Source of the DNA: Paraspadella gotoi
Lineage: Eukaryota; Animalia; Chaetognatha
DNA: 64,000 bases
Reading direction: 5' to 3'
Assembly (NCBI GenBank): GCA_051294375.1
Contig: CM119263.1
Location: 29,587,503-29,651,502, forward strand
Part shown: positions 12,449-27,100 of the stretch, piece after piece
How positions within the stretch are numbered: the first letter of the stretch is position 1
Layout of the letters: every line of letters begins with the position of its first letter
The notes under the pieces: generated by a model
The model's input: the letters and a program-made list of their open reading frames with translations, nothing else
Told to the model about the DNA's origin: nothing
Databases searched by the model: none
Position numbers and translations under genes: made by a program

Positions 12449-13886
12449 GCCCTAATCTCTTCAACTCTCTCTCTCTCTCCCTCCCTCCCTCGCCCCCTGG
12501 CGGCGACCACTAATCGCGTAATGAGTTTTTCTTTTGTTTTAACTTCTCCCGTTTACCTCCTTTGGCAAAAGGCTGTCGGAGTAGAAGGAGGATGGGGACC
12601 GCTGGGGAGAAAGGTAGGGAGAGAGAGAAAGGGAGGGAGGAGCACGGGAGAAGGGGGGGGGGAAGAGAGAGAAAAGAGAGTCAGAGAAGAGAGAGAAGAG
12701 AAGATGAAGTTTAAATAATGGGTATGGAGAATAAAAGAGAGGAAAAGAGAAGAGAGAAGAGAGAAGAGAGAGGAAAAAGGGAAAGAGAAAAAGAGGAGAG
12801 AGTGAAAAAGAGAAGATAAAGATGGAAAGGGGAGAAGACAGAAGAGAGAGGGACAATGAATTACTAGAAAAGAAAGAAATAGAGAAGAAGAAAGGAGAAA
12901 GGAAAATAGAAAAGGCGATAAAAAGGGAGAATAGGAAAAAGAAATAAGAATAAATGAAAGGAAATAGGAAGAAAGAAGAGAGGAAAGGAAAGAGAGACTA
13001 TGAGAGAGACTATGAAAGAGACTATGAGAGAGACTATGAGAGAGACTATGAGAGAGACGATGAGAGACTTTGAGACTAGAGTGTGATTATGAAGAAAAAA
13101 GCGAGAGAAGTCTGAGGTTATTGAACTGATATCTTTTCATATCAACGCCCCTGGCGGCGGTTGACTGAATTTCGAAAGGGAGTTTTTTTGCCTTTGGCGG
13201 GGAAGAGATATCTATAGCATCTAAAGGGTGATAAAGTAAGGGGTGTTTATCAGCGTCGAGAGAGATGACAACGACGACGACGACGACGACGACGACAACG
13301 ACGATAATGACAACGATAACGGCGACTACTACGACGACGACAACTACGACGACAATGACGACGACAGCGACGACGACAACGACGACGCCGCGGGCTAAAG
13401 GGATAATGGATATTATCTGCAGAAACAGATTTGCCTCAGCGGGATCAGGTGGCGATGACGACGACAACAATGACAACAACAACAACGAAATAACAACAAC
13501 AACGACTTCGGATCACCGAAGGGTAAACGAGCGGTAATGCTAAGCAAATACAATAACGAGGGGAGCAGCTGCGATTCTCTGCAGTTTGTATTTGATTTAC
13601 AGGTTTTTTGTTTGTTTGTTTTTTTTTTATTTAGATGCAACAAACATTTGAGTTTTTATCTTCGTGTCTCAAGCAGACGTTCGTCTTCCGTTTCTGCGTG
13701 CCTGAATACGTTTGCGTGTGTGCCTGTCTTTTGTTTTTTAAATTATTATTGCGATATTCACTTTACAAATATGTTTCACATATTTATGTCTTTTTCTCAG
13801 TTGAGAAAAATAAGGTGTTTTTTTCTTCATTTTGTAGTTGCTATATTTTGTTTTGAAAGAAAATTGTATATACACAGAAGCAGATC

Positions 13887-13958
<72 letters not shown>

Positions 13959-14546
13959 CTCTCTCCCTCTCTCTCCCTTTTCATAACTTCCCCTACTTAT
14001 CCATCCTTTTTATCGCTCAACATGATTTTTTATCGTTTCCAAAATTGTTTTCCTTCTTAATATGCAATTATGCGTATTATACGTTTTCTTTCGCTCGAGT
14101 CAGTCGTCCGTCGATCGGCCTACTCATTGCAAAGTATTCTATAATTTATTAAAGTTTGTAAGTCACTTCGGAATTATTCGCCTTTTTTAATAAAAGTATT
14201 TTTTATTGGGTTCTATATATTATCGTTATTGTTACTGTTACTATATTGTTATAAAAGTAACTTGTTTTGGTGTATTATTATTGATATTGTCACAGAATAG
14301 AATTCCCCTCCCCCGACAAAACTGAAAACCACGATTTACCTCGAATCACCTCAAATCACCGTGAACACGAATTAATCACCATCGAATCACCATGAATTTC
14401 TATGGTACTTCTTGAACCGTTGTTCCCTCGAGGCGTAGAGGTTTATTCCCAGATCGTTATGACCCTCAATTCTGTGAATGGCTCTCACAGAACTCTGAGC
14501 TGGGAATAGTGAGAGAGCAGGAATTTTTTTTTTGTGGGGACTAATT

Positions 14547-14577
<31 letters not shown>

Positions 14578-14620
14578 TGATAGGTCATCAAGGAGGCAAC
14601 GATCAGAGAGGGAGAGAGAG

Positions 14621-14741
<121 letters not shown>

Positions 14742-17137
14742 AAGAGCGGGATTTTTCGTCTGGCGGTGTAAGCGAAGATTTAGTCCCCGGGGGAGGGGAG
14801 GGGATGAAATCAATCCCCTTTGGGGAATAGAGACGGGGAAGGACTTTTCCCTTTGGGGATGGTTCAGGGCGAAGGCTGTGTCTAAGGAGGAAGGATATTT
14901 CCTTTCCCGATTGGGCAAGGAGGGAGACGGACCACTGGGGAAAACAGGAGGAAGCCTTAGGATTGAATGAGAGGGAAAGGAAAGGGAAAAAAGAAAAGGA
15001 ACGCGGAGGAAAGGAAAGGAATAAAGAATGAATGAAAAGAAAGTAAATGGATTTGACAAAAAATTACAAAAACGTTTAATTAGGAAAGGAAACTTCGTAC
15101 GAAATGGAACTTGTGAGAAATGTTTATGTCGATTGGGACCCATATCAAATCGTATCGATCCATATCGGCACATAGCGGCCTTTGGCAACTCATAGAAGCA
15201 CACTGCGGCTCATATGAACCCAGGGCTCATGGCACAATCGAATATCCTTTTCCGCATTTCGCGTAATCCGATCCGACAGATGAAGGGAGAGAACCGAAGC
15301 GCTCGTCTCACCCCGTCCTTGGTTCACTCCTCCCGCGCTTAGTTGTGCCATCCTCTGTTGTCCTTTCATCACGCCAGCCACCCCTGGGGATAATTTATTC
15401 CACTCCCGCGCTAATATCTGCAACCGCTCGCGCACACACAGGCCAATATCTGCCACCCCCGCGCGAATTCATGACACCCCCGGATTATTATTTTACACTT
15501 TGCGCCAATAGTGCCACTTCCGCGCCAATTCTTGGCACCCCCACGCCAATCTATTCCACCCCCGCGTCACACTGCCTACCGTCATTTTGCTCACCGCCAT
15601 TCTCGCCTTAAGTCCGCGCAGATTAAATTTCATCTCCTTCGACCCGACCGAGCAAGCAGAACCAAGCAAAACCAAATGGTACCAAGCAGCCAATTTCGAT
15701 TTCCCTTCAAACTCTGCCACCGACCAACTACGCTTCGTTTCGTTTCAAGTGAAATGTGAATATTAATGTGAATGTGAATATCAAACCAGCAAATGCATAA
15801 AATGATCTCTTTCGTCCTTCCATCTACCAGTGGAGGTAGACGAGATAAAATGGCGAACAGAATGAGATGAATCGATTCGTTGAAATTAGAAAAGCGAATG
15901 GAATCGAATTGGCTTAACTGTACAAGGTGGCACTCATTTTTATAGGAAGAGAGAGAGAAATAACTTTGGATTACATTTGTAAAAATCCAAATAAGGTAAA
16001 GTTTTTTGGTCCGGCGTTTGAACAGAGGGAGAATTGAAAATTTAAAAGAATAAGGCCGGCGATTTTATTTTCTTTCTTACTAATAATAATCGGGATCTCC
16101 ACTCATCCATCTCGCCATAACCCATCTACCCATCCACCCTTGACTTTCTGCTTTATCTTCCCCAACCCAATCTTTTTTCCGTCAACTCCCTTCCATTCTT
16201 AATTGCGCCCAGATTTAACCTGCCGAGTCACAACGAGGTTGTACATTACGACCGCCTCAATTACTGATGCCTTCCCTTTGCAAGAAAACGCAATCCGGTT
16301 TGTCTCGACTCGTCGAAGTGACAGAGAATCGAATGGCATCGGTTGCTTCGTTGGTTCCTAATGGCGAACGGATACCATCTGGCTTGGAATGGCAGCCGAA
16401 GGAAACAAAGCGCCATTTAAAATGCAAAAAAAGTTCTATTAAAATAAGATGGTGAAAACTTTTTGAAAGATTTAAGACTCGCCCGAAACCGGTAGATCGA
16501 ATGGCATAGAATTGCATCCAATGGCACCGAATGCCATCGATGGCAGACTGAAGGAGACAAATGATTCCATCGATGGAATCGTCGATGAACGGAATCCAAT
16601 TGACCTTTCACCTTTTTCCCGCCATCTTAACTCACCGGCGCCGCGCGGGTTTCTTGACCCAAATTTGACCCAACCTTGGCGCAGATCCCTTTGTGCCTTA
16701 TCTTTTGAAGGAGCGACCAAGAAAACCGGAGCCCCGCTTCGCCTCACTCACCTTTCTGATCGCACTTCCCTTCCGATTTCTCTATAATTCTCAACTCACC
16801 CTTTGGCGTTCGTGAGTGACTTACTTTTTCCACAATTCCATGTCAATATTTCAAATTCCAAACGTTGGAATTATCTTTTTTTTTAATTACTCAGCAGATG
16901 TTTCTCTCCAACATTAATCATGTCCGCGATCTCCCACTTTCTAAATTCAAAAAAAAAACTTTCGTCGCCATTTTTAATTTCTCTTTATTTCCTTTTCTTC
17001 ATTTTCGAATTTCCTCCACATCCCCATTTTTTTGCCTCCCTTCCAAACCCCATATTTCACCTTCCACATCCCGTTATTCATTTCCTTCTCATTTCATCGA
17101 CGAGATATTTCACTCACCCGCGACGAAACGAACGAAC

Positions 17138-17245
<108 letters not shown>

Positions 17246-17478
17246 CACCCTGTTTCTTTTCACACTTCACTTTCCTCACTTTACCTAACTTTCACCCCAA
17301 AGTTCACCCCCTGTTTCATCCTTTCCTTCAATTACCACTCCGCGCTGCCATTCGGGGAAAAAAGAGTGGCAAGCTGGCAGCGGCGAGAATGCCATTAGGT
17401 TCCGACTCCCGATCCTTTCGTTTCGAGGCGAAAGGAAAATGCCACACCATTAATTTTTGCTCCTTGATGAGAATTTCC

Positions 17479-17577
<99 letters not shown>

Positions 17578-17650
17578 ACGACTCGGGAGGTGTAATTGGC
17601 CGCTCGATTCGCGATACTCTCTCTCTCTCTGTTTCCCTTCGAACATTTTT

Positions 17651-17743
<93 letters not shown>

Positions 17744-18510
17744 CTCTCCTTTTTTTCTCCCTCCACCCCGCCTCAGCCTCGACGGTCGATTGTGACCGAA
17801 ATTTCTGATTTATGACCACAGAATCCGACGACGTCAACTGATTTCCTTTTTCGCCAAGGCCACTCTGCCCCCCCCCCACCCACGGGCCATGCCATATCGC
17901 CATGTCGCCATGTCATAGTGGCATGTACCATTGTAATAACTATTGTCATTTTCTTGCTTTTTGTTGTCTAAGTTTGTAGAAAAGATTATGCCCAGCGTTC
18001 TCTTTCTCCCTCTTTTTCCCTCGTTCGCCCAGTTTTAAGGTCAATATTTTTACCTTTCTTCATAGAGAAATTCGGGCTAACGTTAGTTTCATTTTAAACC
18101 AAAGCAGAAGCAACCATCGCCCGGAAGAAACACATTTTCTACGAAATTTTGGGAAGTATTTTCGATTTCGCCAATTTGTACTCGATTTTCCTTAAATAAA
18201 TCACAGAAACTCATTCAAAACTCGTTTTTGCTTCTCAAAAACTCATGTTGAAGGCTTTGGACGGGCGACGGAAAGCCTTGAAATTTACAAGCGTGAAGAG
18301 AAGGAATTCTTCACAAAGTTTGTTGACGACAAGAATGTTTCCTTGGGCAGATGACGAAATGTCGAATTCGTTTCGACCGTTGACATGACATGACATGACA
18401 AGGCTATTTCCTTGGCCAGATGACGAAATGTCGCCTTCGTTTCGACCGTTGACATGATTAAATTCAATATTTATTTATTTATCTATAGACAAGAGAATAA
18501 GAATTGGTTT

Positions 18511-18768
18511 TTTGTTTACATACAACCAAATATAAATAAAGCGACATGTTTTGGCCAGGTTGTTAGCCTTCATCAGCGAAAAATATTTTGCGCTGATAAA
18601 GAGGAACAAACTAACTAACAAACTAACAAACATGTACGTTTTCTTTAAGTGAATTAAATTTGATTAAAATTGATATCGTTTCAGACGACGTCATACGAGG
18701 TAAGTAGAATTAGGAAAAGATCGCTCACCCAAAAAGAGCATCGCTACAGTTAGTTGTATGTAAACAAA
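18511..18768. mobile_element. Penelope-like element relic: inverted pair of decayed minimal type I hammerhead motifs
   Basis: Minus strand 18541-18579 reads cg-CTGATGA-aggcta-acaacc-tggcc-AAAACATGT-cgc. Plus strand from 18590 reads gcg-CTGATAA-ag...AAACATGTA-cg. Outer arms tttgtttacatacaac (18511) and gttgtatgtaaacaaa (18753) are reverse complements. Confidence 0.55.
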
Positions 18769-19377
18769 ACAAAACAAATTCATTCATTCGTCCATTCATA
18801 TAATTTTTTTTATACATTGCTGAATTACAATACAATTCGACTATTACTTAGTATTTTCCTCCTTTAGTTAGTAACATTTTTTTAGTTCAATTCTTAAGAT
18901 AATTTCCTCTCTTTACCCTTTCCCGCCCATTCACTCACGGTGCAACTTTTTCTCTCCAAGAAGCAAAAAATTAAAAAAAAAGGTGAAAAAAGCAGAAAAA
19001 AAAAAAAAAAAGCAAAAAAATATGTGCGTCGGGTCCTTTGCAATTGTAGCAGTTGTTTGCGAAAAAAAGAGAATCTTCAAAAGTGACGGCAGTGCAGAGG
19101 CTTTGATGATTTCTCTGCAACAGTAGCACAGGCGGCTTCTGCGGCGGCGGCGGCGGCTGCGGCTGCCGCAGCGGCGGAGAATGCTCCAGAGTGAAGAAAA
19201 GGGAGGTGGGGACGAGGGTGAGGAATCCCGACGAACCTTACTTTTTGGACCAACTTAAGATTTTTTTTCACAAAAACCATCAGCGAAAAATAAAAAAACA
19301 AAGAAAGAAAACAAAAAGAAAAAACAAAAGTAAAAAAAAACAAAAAACAAAGTCGCTGCCATCATTTTCACTTTTTT

Positions 19378-19414
<37 letters not shown>

Positions 19415-19588
19415 CGCTGTCAACCGACGGCTGAAGGTCATCATTTGAAAAATCTCAGAAACAAAGCTGACGTCATCTTCATCGTCATCGTCATCATCTT
19501 CACATTCACTTTTTTGTCATTATTTTTTTTCATCTTATTCATATTCGTCAAATACTTTTCGAGATGCAGGATTCGATTCTGGGCCCTT

Positions 19589-19668
<80 letters not shown>

Positions 19669-19825
19669 GCCTTACCAATGGCCTCTTTCAAACTCTTACC
19701 CCGAGCTCATGGGCTCACCCTTTCACCCTCACTTCTTTCCCCGGATGCTCCCCGGATCGTTATGACGCTTCGGGCGTCGAGAGACAAGGGCGAGTTTGGG
19801 TTGTTATCGTCGGCGTCGTCGCCGC

Positions 19826-19859
<34 letters not shown>

Positions 19860-20496
19860 TCAAGGATGAGCTTTTTTAAAAGTCAAAATACGAAATACTA
19901 TGTTTAAAAGATAAAAAAAAAGTGTATAGTAATATTTCCGATTAAATTAAAAATATTAATTTATAACAAGAAATGAGGATTCAAACCCGGAACCGTTCAG
20001 CTTCACTTGAATCCGTTTCCTGCTGTTGATTTTTTCAGTGGGTATTGGGCACTGCAGCACTACCTCAGTGCAGCACTGTCTCACTGCAGCACTGCCACAC
20101 TGCAGCACACCCGCACTGGGTAGTGGACAAAGTGACGGAACTGTAAACCTAAGCGTCGCTGCTGTGGTTGTTCCTTTCAGTTCATAGATGGCGTCATTAA
20201 GATAAAGTGACGTTGTTCGCTTTGACCTCAAGTAACATTGGGATGTTGAGGTTGTCAGCAGGGTGGCAGGGCGAACGCGTGAGGGCGGCAGGGCGGGCCC
20301 GGCAGAGCAGTGGGCCCAAGAAAAATGGATTATGTGCTGAGGGAAAAAAAAACTTCAGACTGAACAGAATTTTTTTTTCCTTCGATAATGATTTTTTTTT
20401 GTCTCGCGAATGAAACGACAGTCGAACGTCGATTTTTATCGTCGTCGTCGTCGTCATCGTCGTCATTGCCATCGTCGTCGTCGTCGTCGCTTTCAA

Positions 20497-20527
<31 letters not shown>

Positions 20528-20756
20528 TTATGGAACAATATAAAAGAATAGTAAAATACGCTCGTTGACGGTTCGGTATATTGTAGATTTATTTGTTATT
20601 AGAATTCTATACTTTGTAATCTGTATCCAATACTATTATACTGTAATACTGTGATTTGTGTTTACATGATACCATTACTTCTCTCTCTCTCTTGTCTTGA
20701 TTTTCCTCATCGTACGAATCAAGCAAAGAAAAGGCTTCTCTATCTATTTTTGACAT

Positions 20757-20799
<43 letters not shown>

Positions 20800-21769
20800 C
20801 AGGAAAATCGGATGTCAATCAAAGCAAATTAAGTGAGAAGCGCCGCGACGCCGCGCGAAAAGACGCCGCTTCGAATGACGCCGTGCGAAAAGACGCGCGA
20901 AACGATAAAGACTGAAAAGTCACGTGACCACAAGGCGTCGAAGAAAACGTTGACTCGACCGACGAATCACGAAATGACTCACCAAAAAAAAAAAAAAAAA
21001 AACGATGGAAAAAGACTTGCGGATCGAATCATTTTGCTCACTGATGATGTTTAAACTGTCGCCAAACTGTCGCCAAACTGTCGTCAAAGCTGTCAAATAA
21101 ATAAGAAACAAACAAAAAAAACAGTGAAATATAAATAAAGGATAACGTTAATAACCATCGCGCAAAACCGCGTAAAGATGGCGCAAAGAAACTGCGTAAT
21201 TAATGGCGCATAAAAAGTCGAGAAACAGAAAATGCATAAATAAATGAAGCGTTAAAAAGAAGCGAAGAAAAAACGAAGGAGAAAAAAAAGAAGACGAAAT
21301 GGAAAAAGAAAGAAGAACGACGACAACAACAACGACAATAACGAAATGAACAGCAATCTGTGAATGAAAGAGCTCCGTCTGTCTGTGAGCGTGTTGTGAA
21401 ATCGTCGTGATTTTCTGACGCTTTGCGAGCGTAGAATTTAAAATTCGTTCGAAGGTTGAATGTGCGAATTTCCCTCTTGGCATATTCTTAGCTACTTAGA
21501 ACTTTCTTTAAAACGTTTTAAAATGCTTCCACGCCTACTCTTCAAACTTTGCGCCCACTTCAGATTATCCAAAATCCTTCCCCCACCTCTCATCTTTTCC
21601 TTAACACTACCCCGCCCCCGTCTCTCACGCCGCTCCCCCCCCCGCTTCCAAATTTCTTCTCTCTTTGAGCGACGAGAAACCCTAAGAAATTGGCTCTCTT
21701 TTCGTAGAGCGACCCATTTCTGTTCTTTTATCCCCAAAATTTGATTTTAACCTTAATATATTTAGCTTA

Positions 21770-22010
21770 AAGATATTCTTAAACTTATATAACCCAACCT
21801 ATAAATAAACCTAATCCGGATCCCTAACCTGATTTTAAACCTTAACGCTAAGCCGTTATCCCAAATTTCTAATTCTAACCCCTAATCTAAAACCTTACTC
21901 TCTAACCAAACTCTAACGAATAACTTAATCCCTAACCTTAATCACTAACCTAATCCGTAACCGAATCCTTAACCCCTAACCTTCAACTAAACTCATAAAA
22001 ATTAATCTAA
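21770..22010 (+). repeat. Degenerate (CCCTAA)n-like interspersed repeat; a related inverted copy lies at ~24015-24195
   Basis: Shared blocks attcttaaactta, taaccaaactctaac and ctaacctaatccgtaacc occur in the same order in the reverse complement of 24015-24195. Confidence 0.6.
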
Positions 22011-22181
22011 TTCCAGTTCTAATATGGAATGGGCCGTTCTGGGAAAATAAGGCCCCAAAAAATTGAGTCGTTGTTGTTGTTGTTGTTGTTTTCCAAGTCG
22101 AGTCGTTGTTGATTGGGAAAACGCAAGACAAACATTAACCCCGACTTCTGGGGGGGGGGCGGTGAAGGTGGGTGAAGTTAA

Positions 22182-22322
22182 GTGGGTTGAGATGGGACAG
22201 ATGAGTGGGTTGAGATGGGACAGATGGGTGGGTTGAGATAGGACAGACGGTTAGGTTGAGATGGGACAGACGGTTGGGTTGAGATGGGGGATGAGGTAGG
22301 GTAGAGATAGGGATGAAATAAG
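22182..22322 (+). repeat. ~21-25 bp minisatellite with core gggttgagatgggacaga
   Basis: About 6 degenerate copies. Confidence 0.75.
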
Positions 22323-22885
22323 GTAGAGATAGGGATAAGGGGAGGGAGAGATGAAAGCGAACGGGTAAGTTAACTTGTTGAGACAGAAACCGAAAAGAGT
22401 AAAAGTCAATGAAAGGAGACGAAGGCAAATGAGAGGGTAAGGTCAGGGTGAGTTCGTCTCGACGGACGACGCCCTTCGGAGTCCTCGGAGCATCACTCTC
22501 TGTCGATACAGGATAACATTCATTTGAGAACCTCTCGACCTCTTGACACCCTTTGTATACTCGCTCTCTCTCTCTCTCTCTGTCTCTCTCTTTCACTTTC
22601 TCACGCTTTAATTCTCCTTTCATTTTTTTTCTCTTATGCTTCTTGGAAGAAAAGGATGTGATGTTTGTTTCTCTTTCTTTCTTTCTGTCTGTCTGTCTTT
22701 CTTTCTTTCTTTCTTTCTTTTTCCTTTCTCCTCTCTCTCTCTCTCCCTTTCTCTCTCTTTTTTTCTTTCTTGCACAGTCCTTGGAATGATAACTTTGCTG
22801 TCTATCTTTTTCTATGTATCTTCATCCGTTTGATTGTCCGTTTGTCTGTCTGGCCAGCTGCGACTCTCTCTCTCTCTTCTCTCTA

Positions 22886-22918
<33 letters not shown>

Positions 22919-23304
22919 CTCTCTCTCCTCTCTCTCTCTCTCTTCTCTCTCTTCTCTCTCTCTCTCTCTCATTGAAATTCTCTTCGTGGATTGGAGATAG
23001 AACGATGAAACCTTGTTAAGAAAAGGCGGCGCAGCGGAGGTTTTTTTGGGGTAAGGCGAGAAGGTAAGGTTTAGAGATGGGCGTGGCTGATGAGACCGAA
23101 TGGGTGAGGACTGAGGAGAGTCGGGGTAAGGGAGGGTAGGGTTAGAAAATCTTGGGTGGGGGGTTGATGCAGAGAACCCTGGGAAAAAAAGTCAATGGGC
23201 CAAAAGCATGTGGAACATGTCAAATAGAGAAGAAAAGAGAAGAGAGAGAGGGGGAGGAAAAGAGAGGAAAGATAAATGAAAAGGCGAATGAGGTTTGGAA
23301 AAGA

Positions 23305-23388
<84 letters not shown>

Positions 23389-25377
23389 GTAAAATGAATA
23401 TCCACATTGATTAAAACTGAAATTTGGTTGTATGGAGTTCGATCCAACAAAGATCATACGTTAGTTTTTGATTGTTGATTTAAATACTAAATTTGAGAAA
23501 TTAAAGTGATTTTCGATTTCGTCGCTTTAAGTTTCTCTGTAGATGTTTGTGCTACTCTCGATTTTACTGTGGGTTCACAATCTCAGGTTTACCTTCGTAT
23601 AATCCACGTTTTGTTTAAAACCCAGGGATTTTCGTTGTTAGGAATTCGGTACAAGTATAACCAAAAAATCCGATCTTTTTTCTTTTAATTCATGACATTT
23701 CTTTTCTTTCCCTCTGCTCCTTCCTCCTATTTTTCCGAATCAGATGGATTTTTTTCCTCACTAAACTGATTCGCATTTTTATTTTGGAATAATTTTTCTT
23801 TTTTTTTTTTCTGTGCAGGAAGAAGGAAAGAAAATCTTATAGTTAATTTTAGGTCTGTCTGTCTGTCTTTCCGTCAGTCCGTGGGGGTTCTTGGACTGTC
23901 GGTCAGTCGGTAGGTGTGAAGAAACAAAGAATAAAAATAACGATGAAAGTAGCAATTTTTTGCTCTCTTTTTTGGGCCTTTTTTGGGATTTTTTTTTGCT
24001 TTCTTTTCCGAAAGAGGTTAGGGATATGGAATAAATTAGGGATTAGGGTTGCGGAATAGGTTAGGCATTTTGTTAGAGTTTTGGTTAAGGATTAGGGTTA
24101 GGGATTAGGAATTATAATTAGTGATTGTATTAAACTTTTGAAAAGAGATGAGAGCTAGATCCATACTTGGATTTAAATTAAGTTTAAGAATTACGAATTA
24201 AGAATTAATCGCAGACGAGATTTAATATTGAATTTTATATCATCAATATTAGTTAAAAGCCGCCGCATTTTTGATTTTTTTTATCAAACAGATATTTTTC
24301 TAGAAATTCGTCTTCCCAATTTCCCTTTTTTATTTTCGGTAAACAAAGATGGCGACGACGCCGGCTGCGTCGAACTTTTACGATTTCTTTTCTTTCATTT
24401 TTTTCCCCTTTTTTTCCCTTGTTTTTTCCTTTCTTTCCTTTTTTTTCTTTTTTTCCATTTTTTCCCATTTTTCCCCATTTTTTGTTGTTTTTTTCTCCTT
24501 TCTTTATTTTGTTTATGATCTTCCTTTCAATTTTTTTTAGTTCGATCGAGTCTTTGTTTTCTTTTAATTTTCACAGTTTTTTTTTCATTTTTTTGTTTTG
24601 TTTGTTTATTTTTACACTCCTTTTAAATATTTGTTTTATATTATATCAGGGGCAATATAGCTTATTTATTAATTGAATGGATAATTTTTATATTGGTTGT
24701 ACCAATTTCAGATATTTTAGATTTCCCTTTCAGTTTAATTTTTCTATTTTGAATTCCATTTTAACTTTTTGTTGTTTATTTTTCTTTTCCTCCCTTTTCT
24801 TTTTTCTTTATTTATTTTTCTCTTTCCTCTCTTTTTCTTTTTCCTCTATTTTTTTCTTATTTTCTTAGTTTAGTTCAGATTTCGTCTTTCAAATTCCTTC
24901 TTTTCTTCTTCCTCCCTTTTGAATTTATTTTCTTTTTTCCTTTTCTCCAACTTCCAACGAGGATGTCCGGGATTTCTGGCGAAAAGAAAGGCCTTTTCTA
25001 AATCCCCTTCAATCAAAGAGTTGGGTTTTTGCGGCCAAACATTTGGGATCTGCGGCCAAATGGCCTTCGTTTCCTACTTTGCGGCCAAATTGACTTTTCC
25101 ATGGACCCATGGTTCAATGGTGTCTTGTCTTATGAAATGAAAGATTGCAATTCCTGTGCAAACTTCTTTAATGTAGCAATTACGCAATCTTATTAAATTA
25201 AATTGGTAAACTATTAGTACAAAGGCATGGAAAGACTCCGGAGAGGCTTGAAATAGCACTATTGCATAATGTACTATCAGATAGTCCGGGAAAAAGTATA
25301 TCCAAACTTTTAAATTATGTATACAACGGTAATGCTGAAAGCCTGTGTTTTTATTTATAAATTTATTTACATAGTAT

Positions 25378-25378
25378 T

Positions 25379-25465
<87 letters not shown>

Positions 25466-25469
25466 TTTT

Positions 25470-25504
<35 letters not shown>

Positions 25505-25505
25505 T
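25378..25505 (+). repeat. (TTTA)n microsatellite
   Basis: Direct reading. Confidence 0.95.
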
Positions 25506-26665
25506 TAATTAATTTATTTAATTTTTAATTTCCAAACGAAACAACTCGGCCGGAAAGAGTACAAAACAGCTTTCGCTTCCTCCGAACGGAACATCGCATC
25601 TTGGAATGAAAAAGCCGCGATGTCTCTAGGACTGAAAGCTGAAGCTAAAAGTCCTTTTCATGTTTTTCCCGGAGACTGAATGAAGAACCGCTTGAAAATC
25701 TCCAGTCGGGGAAGAGTAGAGAGAAGAGCAGGGGGGAGGAGGAGCGGGGAGGTGCTGTGGGGGGAAAGGGGCCCCGCTTGCCTTTCAGAGAATCCTCGAT
25801 CGGGATGAAGTACGAGGAAGAAAGGAAGGAGGAGTAGAGGAGAAAAGAGGAGGAAAGGGAGGAAGGAGAAAGGAATTAGAAGGAAAGAGAAGAAGGAGAG
25901 GAAAGGAAGGAGTAGAGGGAGAAAGGAGGAGGAAAGGGAGGAAGGAGGATGAAAGTGAAGAAAGGAGGATAAAAATAAGGAAGGAAATAGGTAATAAAGA
26001 GAGGAAAGGAAGGGAAAAATGGGAGGAAAGGGAGGAAGGAGGAGGAAAGGAAGGAAGGAGGAGGAAAGGAAGGAAGGAGGAGAAAGGAAATAGAAGGAAA
26101 AAGAGGAAGAAGGAGGAAAGGAAGAGAAGAAATGGGAGGAGAGAGAGGAATGAGAAGGAATGAGGAATGGGGAAAGAGGAAGGGGAAATAAAAAAGAGGA
26201 AATTGAAAAGACAAATTGAAAATAAGAATTGAATCGTGGAATAGAAAGGATAAAGGATAACTTATTATATGTGTAACTAAATAATTTTTTGTTCATTACC
26301 TTTGTAATGACACAAATCAGTAATCAGTAAACAAAAAATAGTAAAAATAGTGATTAAAATCAGAGGCGAGGAAATTTTTTCAAGAAATGTAGGAACAAAA
26401 TATGACATTTAAAAAATGGGTTAAAAAAATTTAAATTAAAAAAGAAATTAGAAATAGTAAATAAGAGAATTATAATATTAACAAGTCATATTAGATAGGG
26501 ATTTAAATATGTAGCAAAAATAAGGACGGTACTAATTTTGTAAATTAAAAATATAAAGGAAAAGAATTGAAATTAGAAAAAAAGGAGATGAATAGAGAAT
26601 TGAGATCGCAGGAAGGAGGGACAAGAAGACCGCGACAACTTGTCATTCAAAGGAAGAAGAACGCG

Positions 26666-26715
<50 letters not shown>

Positions 26716-26864
26716 TCTATATTTTTTTTCCCTATTCTCCGGAAATCTCTCTCTTTATTCTTCTGCGAAGCAAAACGCAGTTTTTCTGCACAACTGTGAG
26801 CCACACACAGTGATACAACTCGAGTGCGAATTTGAGATGCTATCAATCTCGAACGAGTTTCTTT

Positions 26865-26940
<76 letters not shown>

Positions 26941-27100
26941 ACTGCCAACGGCTCCAGTCTCGAGTAAAGGAGCAGAGATTAGGGTTTCCGTTTTCCGCGG
27001 GAATTTATTGGAAAAAAAATGATTCCAACGAGAATAAGTTTCTTTCGTTTGTCGTTTCTTCGATTGAGAGAGAAAAAAAGGAGGGAAGTGGATCGGGTTA

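Noticed and set aside
15060-15300. Complex unique sequence that looked exon-like
   Set aside because: Every frame I checked hits stops and no recognisable peptide emerged.
18335-18457. Two ~68 bp direct repeats with GATGACGAAA
   Set aside because: A simple local duplication that does not fit a hammerhead core.
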